Shown one piece after another: positions 1-13,418 of a stretch of DNA of 64,000 nt. Below the pieces are notes generated by a model. The model searched no databases and was not told where the DNA came from. It was given only the letters and a program-made list of their open reading frames with translations. The stretch spans positions 9,982,001-10,046,000 of the forward strand of contig NC_090349.1 in NCBI RefSeq assembly GCF_035084215.1, in the 5' to 3' direction. A program made the translations under genes and the position numbers. Each line of letters begins with the position of its first letter. Positions within the stretch are counted from its first letter, which is position 1. This stretch comes from Heptranchias perlo. Lineage: Eukaryota.

Positions 1-912
1 CAACACCTAGCTCTACCTCACAACCATCTCCCTCGACCCCTCCACTGTCTCCCATTTGTCACACTGCTTGCCTGACATCCAGTACTGGATGAGCAAAAAT
101 TTCCTCCAATTAGCATTGGGAAGAACGAAGCCATTGTCTTTGGTCCCTGCCGCTAACTCTGTTCCCTAGCCATTGACTGCAACCCTCTCCCTGGCCACTG
201 GCTGAGGCCGAACTAGACCTTTCACAACCTTGGCGTCCTATTTGACACTGAGATGAGCTTCCGACCACATATCTGCTCCATCACTAAGACCGCCTATTTC
301 CACGTCCATAACATTGCCCGCCTCAGCCCCTGCCTCAGCTAATCTGCTGCTGAAACCCTCATCCATACCTTTGTTACCGCTAGACTGGATTATTCCAATG
401 CCCTCCTGGCTATCCTCCCATCTTCCATCATCCATAAACTTGAGCTCATCCAAAACTCTGCTGTCCGTACCCTAACTTCCACCAAGTCCCATTCTTGCAT
501 CACCCCTGTGCTTGCTGACCTACATTGGCTCCCAATCTGGGAACACCTGGATTTGAAAATTTTTATCCTTGTTTTTAAATCCTTCCATGGCCTCTCCCCT
601 CCCTGTCTCTGCAATCCTCCAATTCTTGCCTCTTGAGCATCCCCGATTTTAATCACTCCACCATTGGCTTCAAGGCAGCTGAAGGCCTAGGTCCCAAGCT
701 CTGCAATTCCCCTGTAACCTTTCTGCCTCTCTACCTCTATCTCCTCCTTTAAGATGCTCCTTAAAACCTATCTCTTTGACCAAGCTTTTGGTCATCTGTC
801 CTAATCCCTCATTATGTGGCCCCGTGTCAAATTTTGTATGATAACGCTGCAGTGAAGCACCTTGGGACTTTTTACTACGTTAAAGGCGCTATATAAATGC
901 AAGTTGTTGTCG
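1..912 (+). mobile_element. L2-clade LINE, 3' fragment (decayed RT C-terminus and 3' tail)
   Basis: Reads DIQYWMSKNFLQL...AETLIHTFVTARLDYSNALLA...ELIQNSAVR, typical of L2 ORF2; ends ctatataaatgcaagttgttgt. Confidence 0.8.
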
Positions 913-959
913 TTTTTGGTTGCTTTTTTGTAGCAGCATAAGGTTGCAGATTCTATACG

Positions 960-1780
960 TTATTAGTTTTCAGAGAAATCAGAAATGCATTTTGTTTAGA
1001 ACTTCCCTGGAAATTACGGAAGCGATGGAATCTTCACTGAAATATTTACAATGTCGTTGCAAATACATTAATTTATGATTTGTAAAGCTATGCACAATAC
1101 AATAACACCTGGCGTGAGAATTGCTCTGGTCGCAATTGTTTGTGAAGAATTCTTTCTCTTTTCTGGCAATATTGGACAACGGAAATCTTCACCAATTTAT
1201 TGAGCACCCCTCACACATAGTGATCAGAGGAATTCTAAACCCATAGTGCCAACATGTTGACTGATAAACACCCAACGTCCACAAGAGCTAAACCTGAAGC
1301 CACCAATGCCTCGCTTCACAGGCCCATATGAGATGAAATACCGTCATTCCTATGTAGCAATTATGAGGCATGTTCAACACAGATATGGCGAGGTTCGTTA
1401 CTGGTCCGTTGATCTAATTGGTTTGCGATAACCATCCAATTTCACTGGCCTTGACTTGCATTCTTCAGTTATAGCATTTTACTTTCCACAGTTTGCTTTT
1501 AAAATGTGTAAATGACTGAGGAAATCAATCGACAAAGCACGTGAATAGATATTTTTGCATTGTACATTTTGCAGGAGAAGATGAGGATTGTGCTGCTGTT
1601 GGATCCATCTCTACCAACAAACTGGTTAAAATTTTCTGTATTTGGCACTCGTATTTTAATTCTTCTTAATTAAATATATGTTTATATATCATGTTTAGTC
1701 ATCTTAAACATGTTTGCGTTGCCGAGAGGGGAGAAGTCACTCAATGATTTTGTGTGGGACTGTTGAGAGCTCACTTAGGA
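960..1780. repeat. Segmental-duplication block (far-upstream flank of an IgL cluster)
   Basis: Aligns by eye with about 20600-21250, 44100-44720 and 58700-59440 (shared catgttcaa..cagat..ggcgagg and gatccatct tracts). Confidence 0.65.
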
Positions 1781-1781
1781 T

Positions 1782-4430
1782 CATAGAAACATAAGAACAG
1801 GAGAAGGTCATTTAGCCCCTCGCGCCTATTCTACCATTCAATGAGATCCTGGCTGATCTGTGACCTAACTCCACATACCCACCTTAGCCCCATATCCCTT
1901 AATATCTTTGGTTAACAAAAATCTATCAATCTCAGGTTTGAAAATAATAATTGAGCTCGCATCAACTGCCGTTTGCAGAAGAGAGTTCCAAACTTCTACC
2001 ACCCTTTGCGTGTAGAAGTGTTTCCTAACTTCACTCCCGAAAATCATGGCTCTAATTTTTAGGCTCTGTCCCCTAGTCCTAGACTCCCCAACCAGTTTAT
2101 CTCTATCTACCCTATCAGTTCCCCTTAATATCTTCAAAATTTCGATCAAATCACCCCTTAATCTTCCAAATTCCAGGGAATACAACCCTAGTTTGTGTAA
2201 TCGCTCCTCATAATTTAACCCTTGGAGTCCAGGTATCATTCTAGTAAATCCACGCTGTACTACCTCCAAGCCCAATGTATCCTTCTTAAGCGCAGTACTC
2301 AGAACTGAACACAGTACTTCAGGTGTGGTCTAACCAGGGATTTGTATAGCTGTAGCATAACTTCCACCCCCTTGTATCCTAGTCCTCTAGATATAAAGGC
2401 CAGCATTCCATTAGTCTTTTTGATTATTTTCTGTACCTGTCCATGACATTTTAATGATCTATGTACACGGACTCCTAAGTCTCCTTGGACCTCCATTGTT
2501 TCGAGTTTTTCACCATTTAGAAAGTACTCTCATCTATCATTATTAGGTCCAAAGTGGATGACCTCACACTTGCCTACATTGAAATCCATTTGCCACAGTT
2601 TTGCCCATTCACTTAATCTATTAATATTTCTTTGTAATTTTATGCTTCAATTTACATTGCTTACAATGCTGCCTATCTTTGTGTCATCGGCAAACTTGGA
2701 TATGTGGCTCTTTATCCTGTCATCTAAGTCGTTAACAAATACAGTGAATAGTTGGGGCCCCAACACAAATCCCTATGGGACACCATTAGCAAAATCCAGC
2801 CAATTTGAGTACCTGTCCATTATCCCTATATTCTGTCTCCTGCCGTTCAGCCAATTTCCTTATGAGGTCAATAATTTTCCCTCAATTCCATGAGCTCTAA
2901 CTTTAGCTAACAGTCTCTTATGAGGGACTTCATGGAATGCCTTCTGGAGTTCCATATAAACAACATCCATTGACATTCCCCTCTCCACTACTTCAGTCAC
3001 TTCTTCAAAAAAATCAAACATGTTTGTCAGGCATGACCTACCCTTTACAAATCCATGCTGGCTCTCTCTGATCAACTGAACATTTTCATGGTGTTTGGTC
3101 ACGCTATACTTAATTATAAACTCTAGTAATTTCCCGACAACAGCTGTTAGGCTATCTGGCCTGTAATTCCTTGGTTTTCCTCTCTCACCTTTCTTAAATA
3201 GCGGAGTGACATGTACAATTTTCCAATGTAAAGGAACGGTTCCTGAATCGATAGAACTTTGGAAGATTATAGTTAGGGCACCTGCAATGTTCTCACCTAC
3301 TTCATTTAACACCCTGGGGTGGAAACCATCTGGCCCTGGGGACTTGTCACTCTTTAGTGACGTTATTTTCTGCATTACTGTTAATTTGCTTATGCTATGG
3401 TGAATCCCCATCCCTGATTCAAAATTAGTTTCCTTGGGGCGATAGGCATGCTACCCTCTTCCTCTACTGTCAATACTGATGCAAAGTAATTAATTAACAG
3501 CCGTTTCCTTATTTTCATCTACAATATCAACATTATCAGTTTTTAAGGGACCCACATTGCTCTGACCACATTCTTTTTCCTAATATAATTGTAGAAAATG
3601 TTTGTGTTGATTTTGATATCCCTTGCAAGTTTCTTTTCGTACTCCCTTTTTGTAGCTGTTACTATCTGTTTTGTCACCCTTAGCTGTTCTTCATATCTCG
3701 CCCAGTCGCCAGGATCTGTGCTATTTTTGCATTTTTGTATGCTTTTACTTTTAGTTTTATGTTATCCCTTACCTCCTTTGTCGTCCATGACTTTTTTTGG
3801 CAAGTGCAGCTCTTGCCCCTTAGGGGTATACACTGATTCTGTATCTCATTAAATTAATTTTTGAACACCTCTCACTGATCTTCTGCCGCTTCACCCATTA
3901 ACAGATTTGCCCAGTTTACTGTGGACAGTCTCTGTCTCATCCCATTAAAGTCGGCCTTACCTAAATTTAGAATCTTAGTAGCTGATACGTGTTTCTCCCT
4001 TTCATACACAACGTTGAACTCGATCATATTATGGTCGCTATTAGATAAATGTTCAAGCACCATTAGACTGTTAACGAAATCAGGCTCATTACTCATTATT
4101 AAATCTAATATGGCTTGCCCCTTGTTGGTTTTAGGATATATTGTTGCAGAAAGCTGTCCTGAACACACTCAAGAAATTCGCTACCTTTCTGACATGAGCT
4201 CACCTGCTTATCCCAAACAATGTGGAAGTTAAAATCACCCGTTAAAACCACTCTGCCTTTGCTACATGCTTATCTAATCTCTATATTTATATATTCTGCC
4301 ACTTCACAGCTGTTACCAGGGGGCCTATACACAACTCGCACTACAGTCTTAAATCCTTATCTATTTCTTAATTCTACCCATAAAGTCTCTACAGCATGCT
4401 TATCTCTCGTTATATCCTCTTTTATCATTG
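1782..4430 (-). mobile_element. CR1 LINE, 5'-truncated ORF2 (APE end plus RT), decayed
   Basis: ORF fragments KSPGPDGFHPRVL, QHGFVKGRSCLTN, GLYSLEFGRLRGDLIE; short tandem tail (catagaaacataagaaca) at the left end. Confidence 0.92.
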
Positions 4431-5061
4431 GTGGGAATTGTGGACGCCCAATGACCACACCGAACAGCGGATCTGCCTTCCTCTAGGAAACTGAGTGTGT
4501 CTTTATCTGCCAAGTATCTAGGAAAACGCAACGTGACCCAGGGATTGACTGGAGTGATCGCCTAATCTTCTTATACGCCAATGAAAATACACTGATCTGA
4601 AATAAGCTCAGACTGTAAACAAACAGACAAATTTACTTAACGTTAAACAGGTAATTGAACAGTACTCAGCATAAATAGATACAGCAGTTTACACACGTTC
4701 CTATCCCCCTCCAAGTCTTCTCCTGTGCGACAGTCTGGATACTGGCTTTTAACTCCCCAACTGACTTCTGAGGACATGCCAGCCTCATATATATCATTTA
4801 ACATCGTTTGTAGATATACTGCAACAAACAACATTTCAAACCAAATCTCTCTAATTATATTAAACTAACAGCAGTCACAGGTTATCAGTAGATAGGATGT
4901 TTGTCCACACAAGGGCCTCTGCCAATACAATAAGTTTTTTTAAAAATTCGGTCCATCCGGCTGAACCTGGCCAAGATGTCAGGTTAACCCAGTTGAACAG
5001 AACAACATGTAAATAATAGTTTCTGAGTGATACCTTCCGCATCTTAAACTGTAATATGTCA

Positions 5062-5660
5062 CAACAATAACTGGCATTTATGTAGCACCTTTAATATAGA
5101 AGAACATCGGAAAGCCCTTTACGGAGGCATGATGGAAAAATGGACACTGAGCCAAAGACGATCAGTTAAGAAGCTTAGTCAAAGAGGTGAGTTTCAAGAG
5201 GGTCTTAAAAGAGGAGAGAGGTGGCGAGGTGGAGGGGTTTCGGGAGGAATTCCATGGAATGCGACTTCTGGGATTAAAGACACAGCCACTAAGTGTGTGG
5301 TCATGGGAATGTGGGCTGCACAAGAGGCTACAGTCAGAGGAACAAGGCGCTAGAGGGGATTGTGAGGCTCAAGGAGGTTACAGAGTTAGGGAAGGGCGAG
5401 GCCATGGAGGAATTTGAACACAAGACTTATAAACTTCAATTTGAGATGTAGGGGCACCCAGAGCCAATATAGGTCAGTGGGCATTTGGCCGTTGAGCAAG
5501 AAGGACTTGATCAGCAGAGATTTGGGTGAGCTGCAGTTTATGGAGGGTGGAGGATGGGAGTCAATCCAGGAGAGCAGTGGAGTAATTGAGTCTGGAGGTG
5601 ACAGCGGTACGTTTGAGGGTTTCAGTGGCAGATGGGCTGAGGTAGGTTCAGTCACAGGTA
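5062..5660 (-). mobile_element. L2-clade LINE 3' fragment
   Basis: Reverse-complement similarity to 500-910, including the acaacaataact...gcatttatgtagcacc tail and DLYWLWVP...KFISLVFKFLHG. Confidence 0.7.
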
Positions 5661-6479
5661 ACAGTACTCAATATCAACCCTATGCGTACATTGACCGGAA
5701 ATTAAGAAATCAATGGATCATTTTAGAGAGAAAGGTATTTCATTTTTGTCACATCATGCCTCATTATTGAAAGGCCCTTTGCATTCGAGCCCAGTGCCTT
5801 ACTTGGGGGTACCATGTACACTGTGAGTGACAGGCCATCTTGCCTGGCGATCATCCAACCCATCAGGATTCCATGGGTTTCGGGAAAGCAGACGTGCCAA
5901 TTTTAAGCCTAGCTCCGAACAACTTGTGGTATAGAGCTATTTTCGGGTCATCCCTGAGCAGTAGCGAGCCTGTTTCGTAGATATAGTGTCTCTTTAAACT
6001 TGGACTGTGCCACAGATTTGAGTTCTTTCTCTGCCATCCCCCAATCCTATGGATGTGGCCATTTAGCTGCACCTCCTTCAGTCCCACTTGGCTCCTATTA
6101 CGCAGATTTGCAGGAAGGGCAAATACTTCAATTATTTGAAGATTCAACTTGCTCTGCTCTCCACTGCTGAAATTCCGCTGTGCTCCTCAATCTATCCAAG
6201 TGGATGAAGTCTATGCCAGTGCCCCACACCGCCAACAAATACCATGAGTGTCTTGGCGCTTAGTGACGATACAACTATTTTGCCGGATATTTTTGATGCG
6301 CTTAGGATGGATCACAACAACTGAAAATGCTGCACGTATCCAACCATGCCATCTCACTCTAAAATTTAGCATCAGAGTGGATTGAATATATATCATCCCA
6401 TCTAAAGTTAGGGAGTAGATCAACTGTACCCTTACCTATGAGTCTCGCTGCTGATATGCATTTTCCTTGTAGTTCAATT

Positions 6480-8630
6480 ATGCCAGTCCTGTTCTTCCCC
6501 CACCGCCTGCCCCCACCATCTTGAATTTAGATGAATCCACTATGTGTAAAAATCGATCTCGCCCAAAAAACTGCCGCACACAACATCTCAGTGTCGAGAA
6601 ATAGCTACAACAGGTTCAAATCCTTTTTCTTGAGGGGAAGAAGGGAGGCAGGGGAGAAAGCCTTCCACGCAACACCGCGGGAAGAGGTTGCTGAGGAGAT
6701 CAATGCCAGGAGCTTGGCTCCAAAGACATGACTTTGATGCCAGAAAAGGTTCCATGAACTCACCAGAATTATCAAGATGATTTGATCTCAGTGATTCTCT
6801 CCTCACATCTGCAGTAAAACCATTCTCAACAATACCCTCCCGGTTCCTTCACTCCTTTACAATCACTGCATCACATTTCACTCCACCTCCATCTCCTCCT
6901 ACTCACACTCTGCACTTCCTAATCTCACCACTATTGCAACCCTTACTTCCGAACATCCCTTATATTGCACACAGCATCTGCACTATTCAGTCTTGACAGA
7001 CATTTTCTCAAAGCAGCTAATAAGGCAGTCACAAACGCACTTCCTCCTTTCTTGCAGGAGAAGGCCGTGCCAAACATGAGGCAGGAGGCAGCGACCATAG
7101 GAGACCAAGCCCACCTGTACACCCTTTCGCCACTCAAGAAAGACATGCTGTCCATCATGGGCAGCGGGAAAGTCGTGGCCATGGCGAGTGGCAACGTTGG
7201 AGGAAATGTTACGCAGGGTTTCTTCACCCCTTATCCTCTTTTTTCCTTCTTACTTGCAATTTACCCTACACACTCTGCATGGCAAACTGCAGTCGCTTTC
7301 AATAGCCTCTCATCTCTCTCTGCTCTTCCGTCACACTAAAAGGTAACCCTTGTCCCTCTCATTCATTTAAGGTGCTGAAAATGTTTTGGCCCCTGTGCCA
7401 CTTGAGGAAGAGCAGGCCAGTGTGCCTGAAGATGCAAGGCTACGCAATCTGATCACAGCAAGCACCAGCGCAGAATTTGGCACGATGTACACTTTAGAGG
7501 ATCGATTAAAGCAGGAGTCTTCACGTGGTGAATCATCGGGGACAACTGTGTAGGAGCTAGGGTAGGGGGATAGGACGCCACAGGTGCCAGCTCCATGAAC
7601 ACGACAGTGGTACCCTCTATGACACAGCCTCTGCTGACAGGTCTGACAGCTCACGTGGCTGCCATACTGGCTCCGAGGGCCAGTGATGATCATGACTTCC
7701 AGATCGCTACATGACTGATGCTCTCTGTCTCGTACAGAGCGATAGGAATAATAAGGCGCAGTCCCAAGAGAGAAAATCTTGGCTCACTAGTAGGATCACC
7801 TACTGTACTCCCTCAAGACAACAGCACGCCTGCTCCCCCGCCACCCACTCCACCAGTGCCACACAGCCAGCTGAGCCAACCTGCCCTGGCACACGACGAA
7901 ATGCTGTCATCTGTAGCTGAGCCCTCAAGGCCCAGAGCTACTTGAGGGCACCCACCACAGCCACCTGAGGTGTCCTCAATGGGAGTTCAGCAGCATTCCA
8001 CCTCCGAATCTGTTACCGGGGGATACACCTCGTAGCAGCACTGGGGTCGGTAAACAAGCACAGAGCGCAGACACTGAGGAGGTGCACAAGGTTGATTCTT
8101 AATTCTTCCTGTTAACTATTATACACATATGGAATAGAGGTGTTGGAGTATTTTTTTCTGGGTTTGGTGTTGGTGTACTGAAGTGAGGGAAAAACCCATA
8201 AGGCTTGACTGAGGAAAGTAACCAATCAGATGGTGGTAGTAAGGACGATGGTGATAAGAATTGCGGGAATGTTGGTGCATTGGTATTTGGTGGTGGTGGG
8301 CGGGGGGGGGGGGGTGGAGATGGGTTCAGCGAACGTGCTCGTGGATGAATCGGTCTCTGAGAGCGCTGGCAGCTAGTGACACTGCTGTTCAATGCTGCTC
8401 CTGCTCTTCCTTCTCCTCCTCCTCCACATCTTGCTGCACAAGCCGTGCTAATTGTTGGTCCATCAGCGTTGCAAAGTTATACAGCACATGACCACAAATC
8501 TGGAAAGATAATCAGGGCTCAGTGCAGAGCTCTTACAGAACGGCCCAGGCAGCAGAAGCGATGCTTGAGCACACCGCCGGTCTACCCAATTATATTATTG
8601 GTAGTGGCATGCCTCTCTTTGTAGATCAGT
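6480..8630. mobile_element. Decayed PIF/Harbinger transposon: Myb/SANT ORF (+) convergent with transposase C-terminus (-)
   Basis: + strand 6680-6770 REEVAEEINARSLAPKT*L*CQKRFHELTR (trihelix Myb) and 7059-7160 EKAVPNMRQEAATIGD...TLSPLKKDMLSIMG; - strand 8630-8330 HATTNNIIG*TGGVLKHRFCCLGRS...ALRDRFIHE (HARBI1-like end). Confidence 0.75.
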
Positions 8631-8639
8631 TGCAAGTGT

Positions 8640-9600
8640 TCCTGACAGAAGTCATGTGCCAACTCTGGAGGGGACATCCTTGTCACCCAGCATCCAACCA
8701 GTGACCTGGTAATCTGGCTGGATTGAAGGCAGGACGCTGGACTGGTTTGGGATGAATTAATCATGAATGCTGCCTGAAAATGGGCACAGACCTGCACGAT
8801 GTAGTGCCTGTGATAGCAAATAAGTTGGACATCTCACGATTTGCAGTTTAGTAAAATCTGCTCCACAGCGACCCTGCTGTTGAGAGAAGGTGCTTCTCTT
8901 CCAAGTACACTCAAACGGCAGTTAATTAAATCAAAAACTGCTTGCCGTCCTACGATGCAAGGGAAATGCAGCTAAACGAATAAAAATTAAATCTAATACA
9001 GTGATTATCGGCTTATGTTGACTTGGGAGGAACTAACTTCGTACAACCTAGAATTGTCTTTGAAAACACCCAAGCTCAATATCCTCAGCACATTTGAAGT
9101 TTGATTCATATTCATTCTTAGCAATGAGTGCAAAATAACATCACCACGATATAAAGAACATAAAGGGATACACAGTTTGTGATTAAGGTGAATATGAATG
9201 AACAAAAGCGCCACTATTTTCTGGACTGGTTTCAGTAAAAAAATGTCAGTGATAGTGTAATTACTTCCGGTCTGAGTTGCTGCCCGCAGCACTTGCTTCA
9301 GTGTTAAGAATCGCTAAACAATGATAAAAGAAATCGAACCCTATTGAAGAATAAAATCTTGCAAAGCCATAAATTGCAGCGCGCAACTACCTGGACACCC
9401 AAAGCAGAGGCTGTCACATTTTGGCCCTGAATTTGTGTCACCAGATGAGTTAGTAAAACTTACACTATATTCTTTCAATTATTGTCAGAAACACACAGAC
9501 AAACAGTTTATCCGGTTCCCTACACCGATAGAACTTAAAGAAATCTGGTTTAAAAAATATGGTACCACAGTATGTATTGACTCACTCTCGCAGACCCCTG
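8640..9600. repeat. Segmental-duplication block (3' flank of the C exon)
   Basis: Close match to 36880-37830; weaker match to 45000-45330 plus 46700-47100 and to 60400-60680. Confidence 0.8.
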
Positions 9601-9675
9601 TAAATACTGACACAGTTTGTCAACTGTCTGAATATCCACATTCTTTGGTACCCCTTTATATGTTGACTCACTCTC

Positions 9676-10355
9676 ATAGATTCTTTGTACACAAATCTTT
9701 GAAGGTGGCAGGACAAGTTGAGAAGGCTATTAAAAAAAACAGATGGGATCCTGGGTTTTATCAATAGAGCCATAGAGTACAAAAGCAAGGAAGTTATGCT
9801 AAAGGTGTATAAAACATTGGCTAGGCCTCAGCTGGAGTAGTGTGTTCAGTTCTGGGCACCATACTTTAGCAAGGATGTCAAGGCCTGAGAGAGGATGCAG
9901 AAGAGATTTACTAGAATGTTACCAGTGATGAGGGATTTCAGTTATGTGGAGAGATTGGAGAAGCTTGGGCTGTTCTCCTTCGAGCACAGAAGGTTAAGAG
10001 GGGATTTGATAGAGGTGTTCAAAATCATGAACGGTTTTGATAGTGTAAATAAGGAGAAACTATTTCCAGTGACAGAAGCGTCGGTAACAAAAGAGGACAT
10101 AGCTTCAACGTGATTGGCAAAAGAATCCGAGGCGGCATGAGGGGAAAAAATACGCAGCGAGTTGTTGTGATCGGGAATGCACTGCCTGAAAGACTGGCCG
10201 ATGCAGACTCAATAGTAACTTCCAAAAGGAAATTGCATAAATGCTTGAAAGAAAACAATTGACAGGGCTATGGAGAAAGAACAGGGGCTAATTGAATAGC
10301 TTTACCAAAGAGCCGGAACGGGCACAATGGGCCGAATGGTCTTCTTCTGTACTGA
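9676..10355 (+). mobile_element. CR1 LINE 3' fragment
   Basis: QKRFTRMLPVMRDFSYVERLEKLGLFSFEHRRLRGDLIEVFKIMNG followed by CR1 3' UTR. Confidence 0.9.
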
Positions 10356-10534
10356 TTATAATTATATGAGTATATTATATGCGGTATTTGTTACATTACA
10401 CTGAAGCTTTGACCAAGTCAGTGTGGACAGACTGTAAGTTACAGCCAGCGGGTTAACGCGGGCAAACTGCAGATCTGTTGTTGTGATTTGAAATGTTCCA
10501 CTTGAAATCAAACAGGTAATATCTGAATACAGAA

Positions 10535-10540
10535 TTTATT
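10535..10540 (-). terminator. Polyadenylation signal AATAAA, cluster A
   Basis: tttatt on +, about 44 nt after the C stop codon; same position in cluster B (48035-48040). Confidence 0.75.
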
Positions 10541-10583
10541 TTAAAAGAGAATGTATAACAGATCATTACATAAGATCCTTGAA

Positions 10584-10906
10584 TCAGATACAGCTGGATC
10601 TCGCGATACTTGTTTGAAGGGGGTTTGTCTGAGTCTCGTGTTTAACCACACAGGAGTAAAGCTCGTGTGAGTTCCAGTCTGAGGCTGACAGAGTCAGATA
10701 ACTGCTCGTACTGAACGTGTTGTCCGTCTCCTGCTGGACCCGACTGGTCTCAACACCATTCCCTCTGACATTGCCATCCACAGTCCACTCAATCTCCACA
10801 GCACCCGGGTTAAAACCGTTCACTAAACACACCAGGGTCGCCTTGTTCTTTTCTGTTATTTGATCCGATGAAGGCGGAAGGACGGACACCGAGGGGGCCC
10901 GGGGAT
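10584..10906 (-). CDS. IGLC: Ig lambda-like (type II) light-chain constant exon, cluster A
   Basis: ttttcag|AT acceptor; (N)PRAPSVSVLPPSSDQITEKNKATLVCLVNGFNPGAVEIEWTVDG...SSYLTLSASDWNSHELYSCVVKHE...RSSCI*; both domain Cys, the Trp and the penultimate inter-chain Cys are intact. Confidence 0.97.
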
Positions 10907-10930
10907 CTGAAAAGTAAAAACAAATTGTCC

Positions 10931-11105
10931 GGTCATTATCGCATTGCTGTATGTGGGACATTGCTGTGCACGAATTGGCTGCAGCGTTTCCTACATTTCA
11001 ACAGTGACGACACTTCAAAAGCACTTCTTTTGCTGAAAAGCGGGTTGGGACATCCTGAGGTCGTGAAAGGTGATATATAAATGCAAGCTCTTTCTTTTTT
11101 TCTTT
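10931..11105 (+). mobile_element. Deu-domain SINE (AmnSINE1/SacSINE1-like) 3' part, in the J-C intron
   Basis: cattgctgtatgtgggacattgctgtgcacgaattggctgcagcgtttcctacat...cacttcaaaa...ctgaggtcgtgaaagg...atataaatgcaag resembles the DeuSINE consensus as I recall it; absent at the paralogous site in cluster B. Confidence 0.75.
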
Positions 11106-12469
11106 ATATTAAATAGAAATATTCCTATGAGAATAACAATGGAATACAATTCAGAGTAAGAATGTTGAATTCAGTCTGTCACTTTCTCCTGTCTCTTTAA
11201 ATGACTGACCACGTGTTACAAGCACCAGCTGTCAATGACAAACCCTCGGTAAAATGGTTTATGCAATGAAAGAAACCAAAGAAAATGTTGAAACATCAAT
11301 ATTTCTTCGATCGTAGAATTAGGTATCAGCGGCTGAGTCGCCACAAATGTTTCTGGCATTGAGGTGCGGTGTCAGCTTCAGCGGCGCATCTCACCAATAC
11401 CAGGTTTGCATGGGTCGGTTTCACAATCAATTGCCACTCTGAGACCTTCAGCTTAGAATCTATAACTTCTCCTTGCATATAATTTGGAGGCTACAACTGC
11501 GTGTAGTCCTGACAAGAGGAACCAACCCCTATTATCACAGTTGCTATAATCACTCTGCAGTACCCGGAGTTCAGCTGAACTTTCCTGTACTGAAAAGTCT
11601 GGAGCCCCTTGCGATTATTGAACAGGCTTTACTGTCAATTTAAATTATTGTCTAAACACCAAGCGTTTGACAGTGAACTCCATTTACACTGGTTTGGAAT
11701 GTAACTTTTTTTCCAAATATAAATTCTCAATGGAATAATTGATAATATAATCGAAGTTTTTTCTGTTTTATACCTCATGTTAGCCCATTTCACCGTGATG
11801 TAGCCGAATAACCAAGTTAAAATATCGATAGCGTATCCGCATTTTCTGTAATATTACTCCTCTCGCTGACACTAACCACAGAACCAGCAGCAACATGCAA
11901 TGGAGTGAATACAAAAGCAGTGTACAACAATCTGAAAACGTATTCCCAGGCATTCACGCAAAATTGATGGGATAGGAAGATAATGTGTACATGATCTGTT
12001 AAAGAATAGACTTCATGCCAATCATTGTTGTTTATTACTGGATGCAGAAAATCGAAGAGCTGACCTGAGCACAAAATATGTTTGCTATAGTCATCGGGGA
12101 TTAATGTGAAATATAGGACTGAGAATCTTGTACTGAACGGTTTTTGCCGAGTTTGGAGACGAGTGGGAGAGAGTTACAGGAAGTCGCTACACTATCCTCC
12201 CGCAAACTGAATTCGAGAATGGTTATTAAATCGCGCCAGTGCTCTATTGGGAAATAAAAGGGTATATTGTGAAATTTTTGAATTTGTACTTTTAGCCTTT
12301 TACCAACAATTAATTCCAGCTGGGCTATAAGGACAGGGTGGAAGGGAATTTGAAAGGCTATGTGGGAAACATAGCATCATAGAAGTGTAGAGGTCAGAAA
12401 GAGGTCGATCGCGCCGGTCCCAGCTCTTTGAAAGAGCTGTCCACTTGCCAGGCATTTGTTGTCCTTTTT

Positions 12470-13418
12470 CAAGTTGACTTGGACTTGGGTGTACAGGGCA
12501 CAATCTCAAAATTTGCCGATGCCACAAAACTTGGAAGGGTAGTAAACAGTGAGGAGCATAGTGATAGACTTCAAGAGGACATAGACAGGCTGGTGGAATG
12601 GGCGGACACGTGGCAGGTGAAATTCATCGCAGAGAAGTGTGAAGTGATACATTTCGGTAGGAAGAACGAGGAGAGGCAATATAAACTAAAGGGTACAATT
12701 CTAAAATGTGTGCAGGAACAGAGAGATCTGGGGGTATATGTGCACAAATCGTTGAAGGTGGCAGGATAGGTTTTGAGAAAGCGGTTAAGAAAACATGGGC
12801 TTTATAAATAGAGGCATAGAGTACAAAAGCAAGGAGGTTATGATGAATCTTTGTAAAACACTGGTTTGGCCACAACTGGAGTATTGTGTCCAGTTCTGGG
12901 CACCACACTTTAGGAAAGATGTGAAGGCCTTCGGGAGGGTGCGAAGAGATTTACTCGAATGATTCCATGGATGAGGGACTTCAGTTATTTGGATAGACTG
13001 GAGAAGCTGGGGTTGTTCTCCTTGGAGCAGAGAAGGTTGAGGGGAGATTTGATAGAGGTATTCAAAATCATGAAGCGTCTAGACAGAGTCGATAGTGAGA
13101 AACTGTTCCTATTTGTGAAAGGGTCAAAGACCAGAGGACATAGATTTGAAGTGATTGGCAAAAGAACCAATCATGAGAAAAAACTTCTTTACACAGCGAA
13201 TGGTTAGGATCTGGAATGCTCTGCCTTGTGGGTGGTGGAGGCAGTTTAAATCATGGCTTTCAAAAGAGAATTGAATAAGTACTTGAAGGGAAGAAATTGC
13301 AGGGCTACGGGGATAGAGCGGGGGAGTGGGACTAGCGGGTTGCTGTTGCAGATATCCGACTCGGACTCAATGGGACAAATGGCCTCCTTCCGTGCTGTAA
13401 CCATTCCATGATTCTATG
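12470..13418 (+). mobile_element. CR1 LINE 3' fragment in the J-C intron of cluster A
   Basis: ISKFADATKLG...DRLQEDIDRLVEWADTWQVKF, then LEQRRLRGDLIEVFKIM; tail ccattccatgattctatg; absent from the cluster B intron. Confidence 0.92.

Noticed and set aside
9255-9450. ETS (acttccgg) and E-box motifs as a 3' enhancer
   Set aside because: Shared with the dead unit (37526) but lost in intact cluster B, so duplication explains the similarity
10907-10961. N-terminal extensions of the C-exon ORFs (also 48406-48505 and 22140-22207)
   Set aside because: Intron read-through upstream of the splice acceptors
12139-12147. Nonamer-like GGTTTTTGC in the J-C intron
   Set aside because: No heptamer at 12 or 23 bp; not conserved in cluster B
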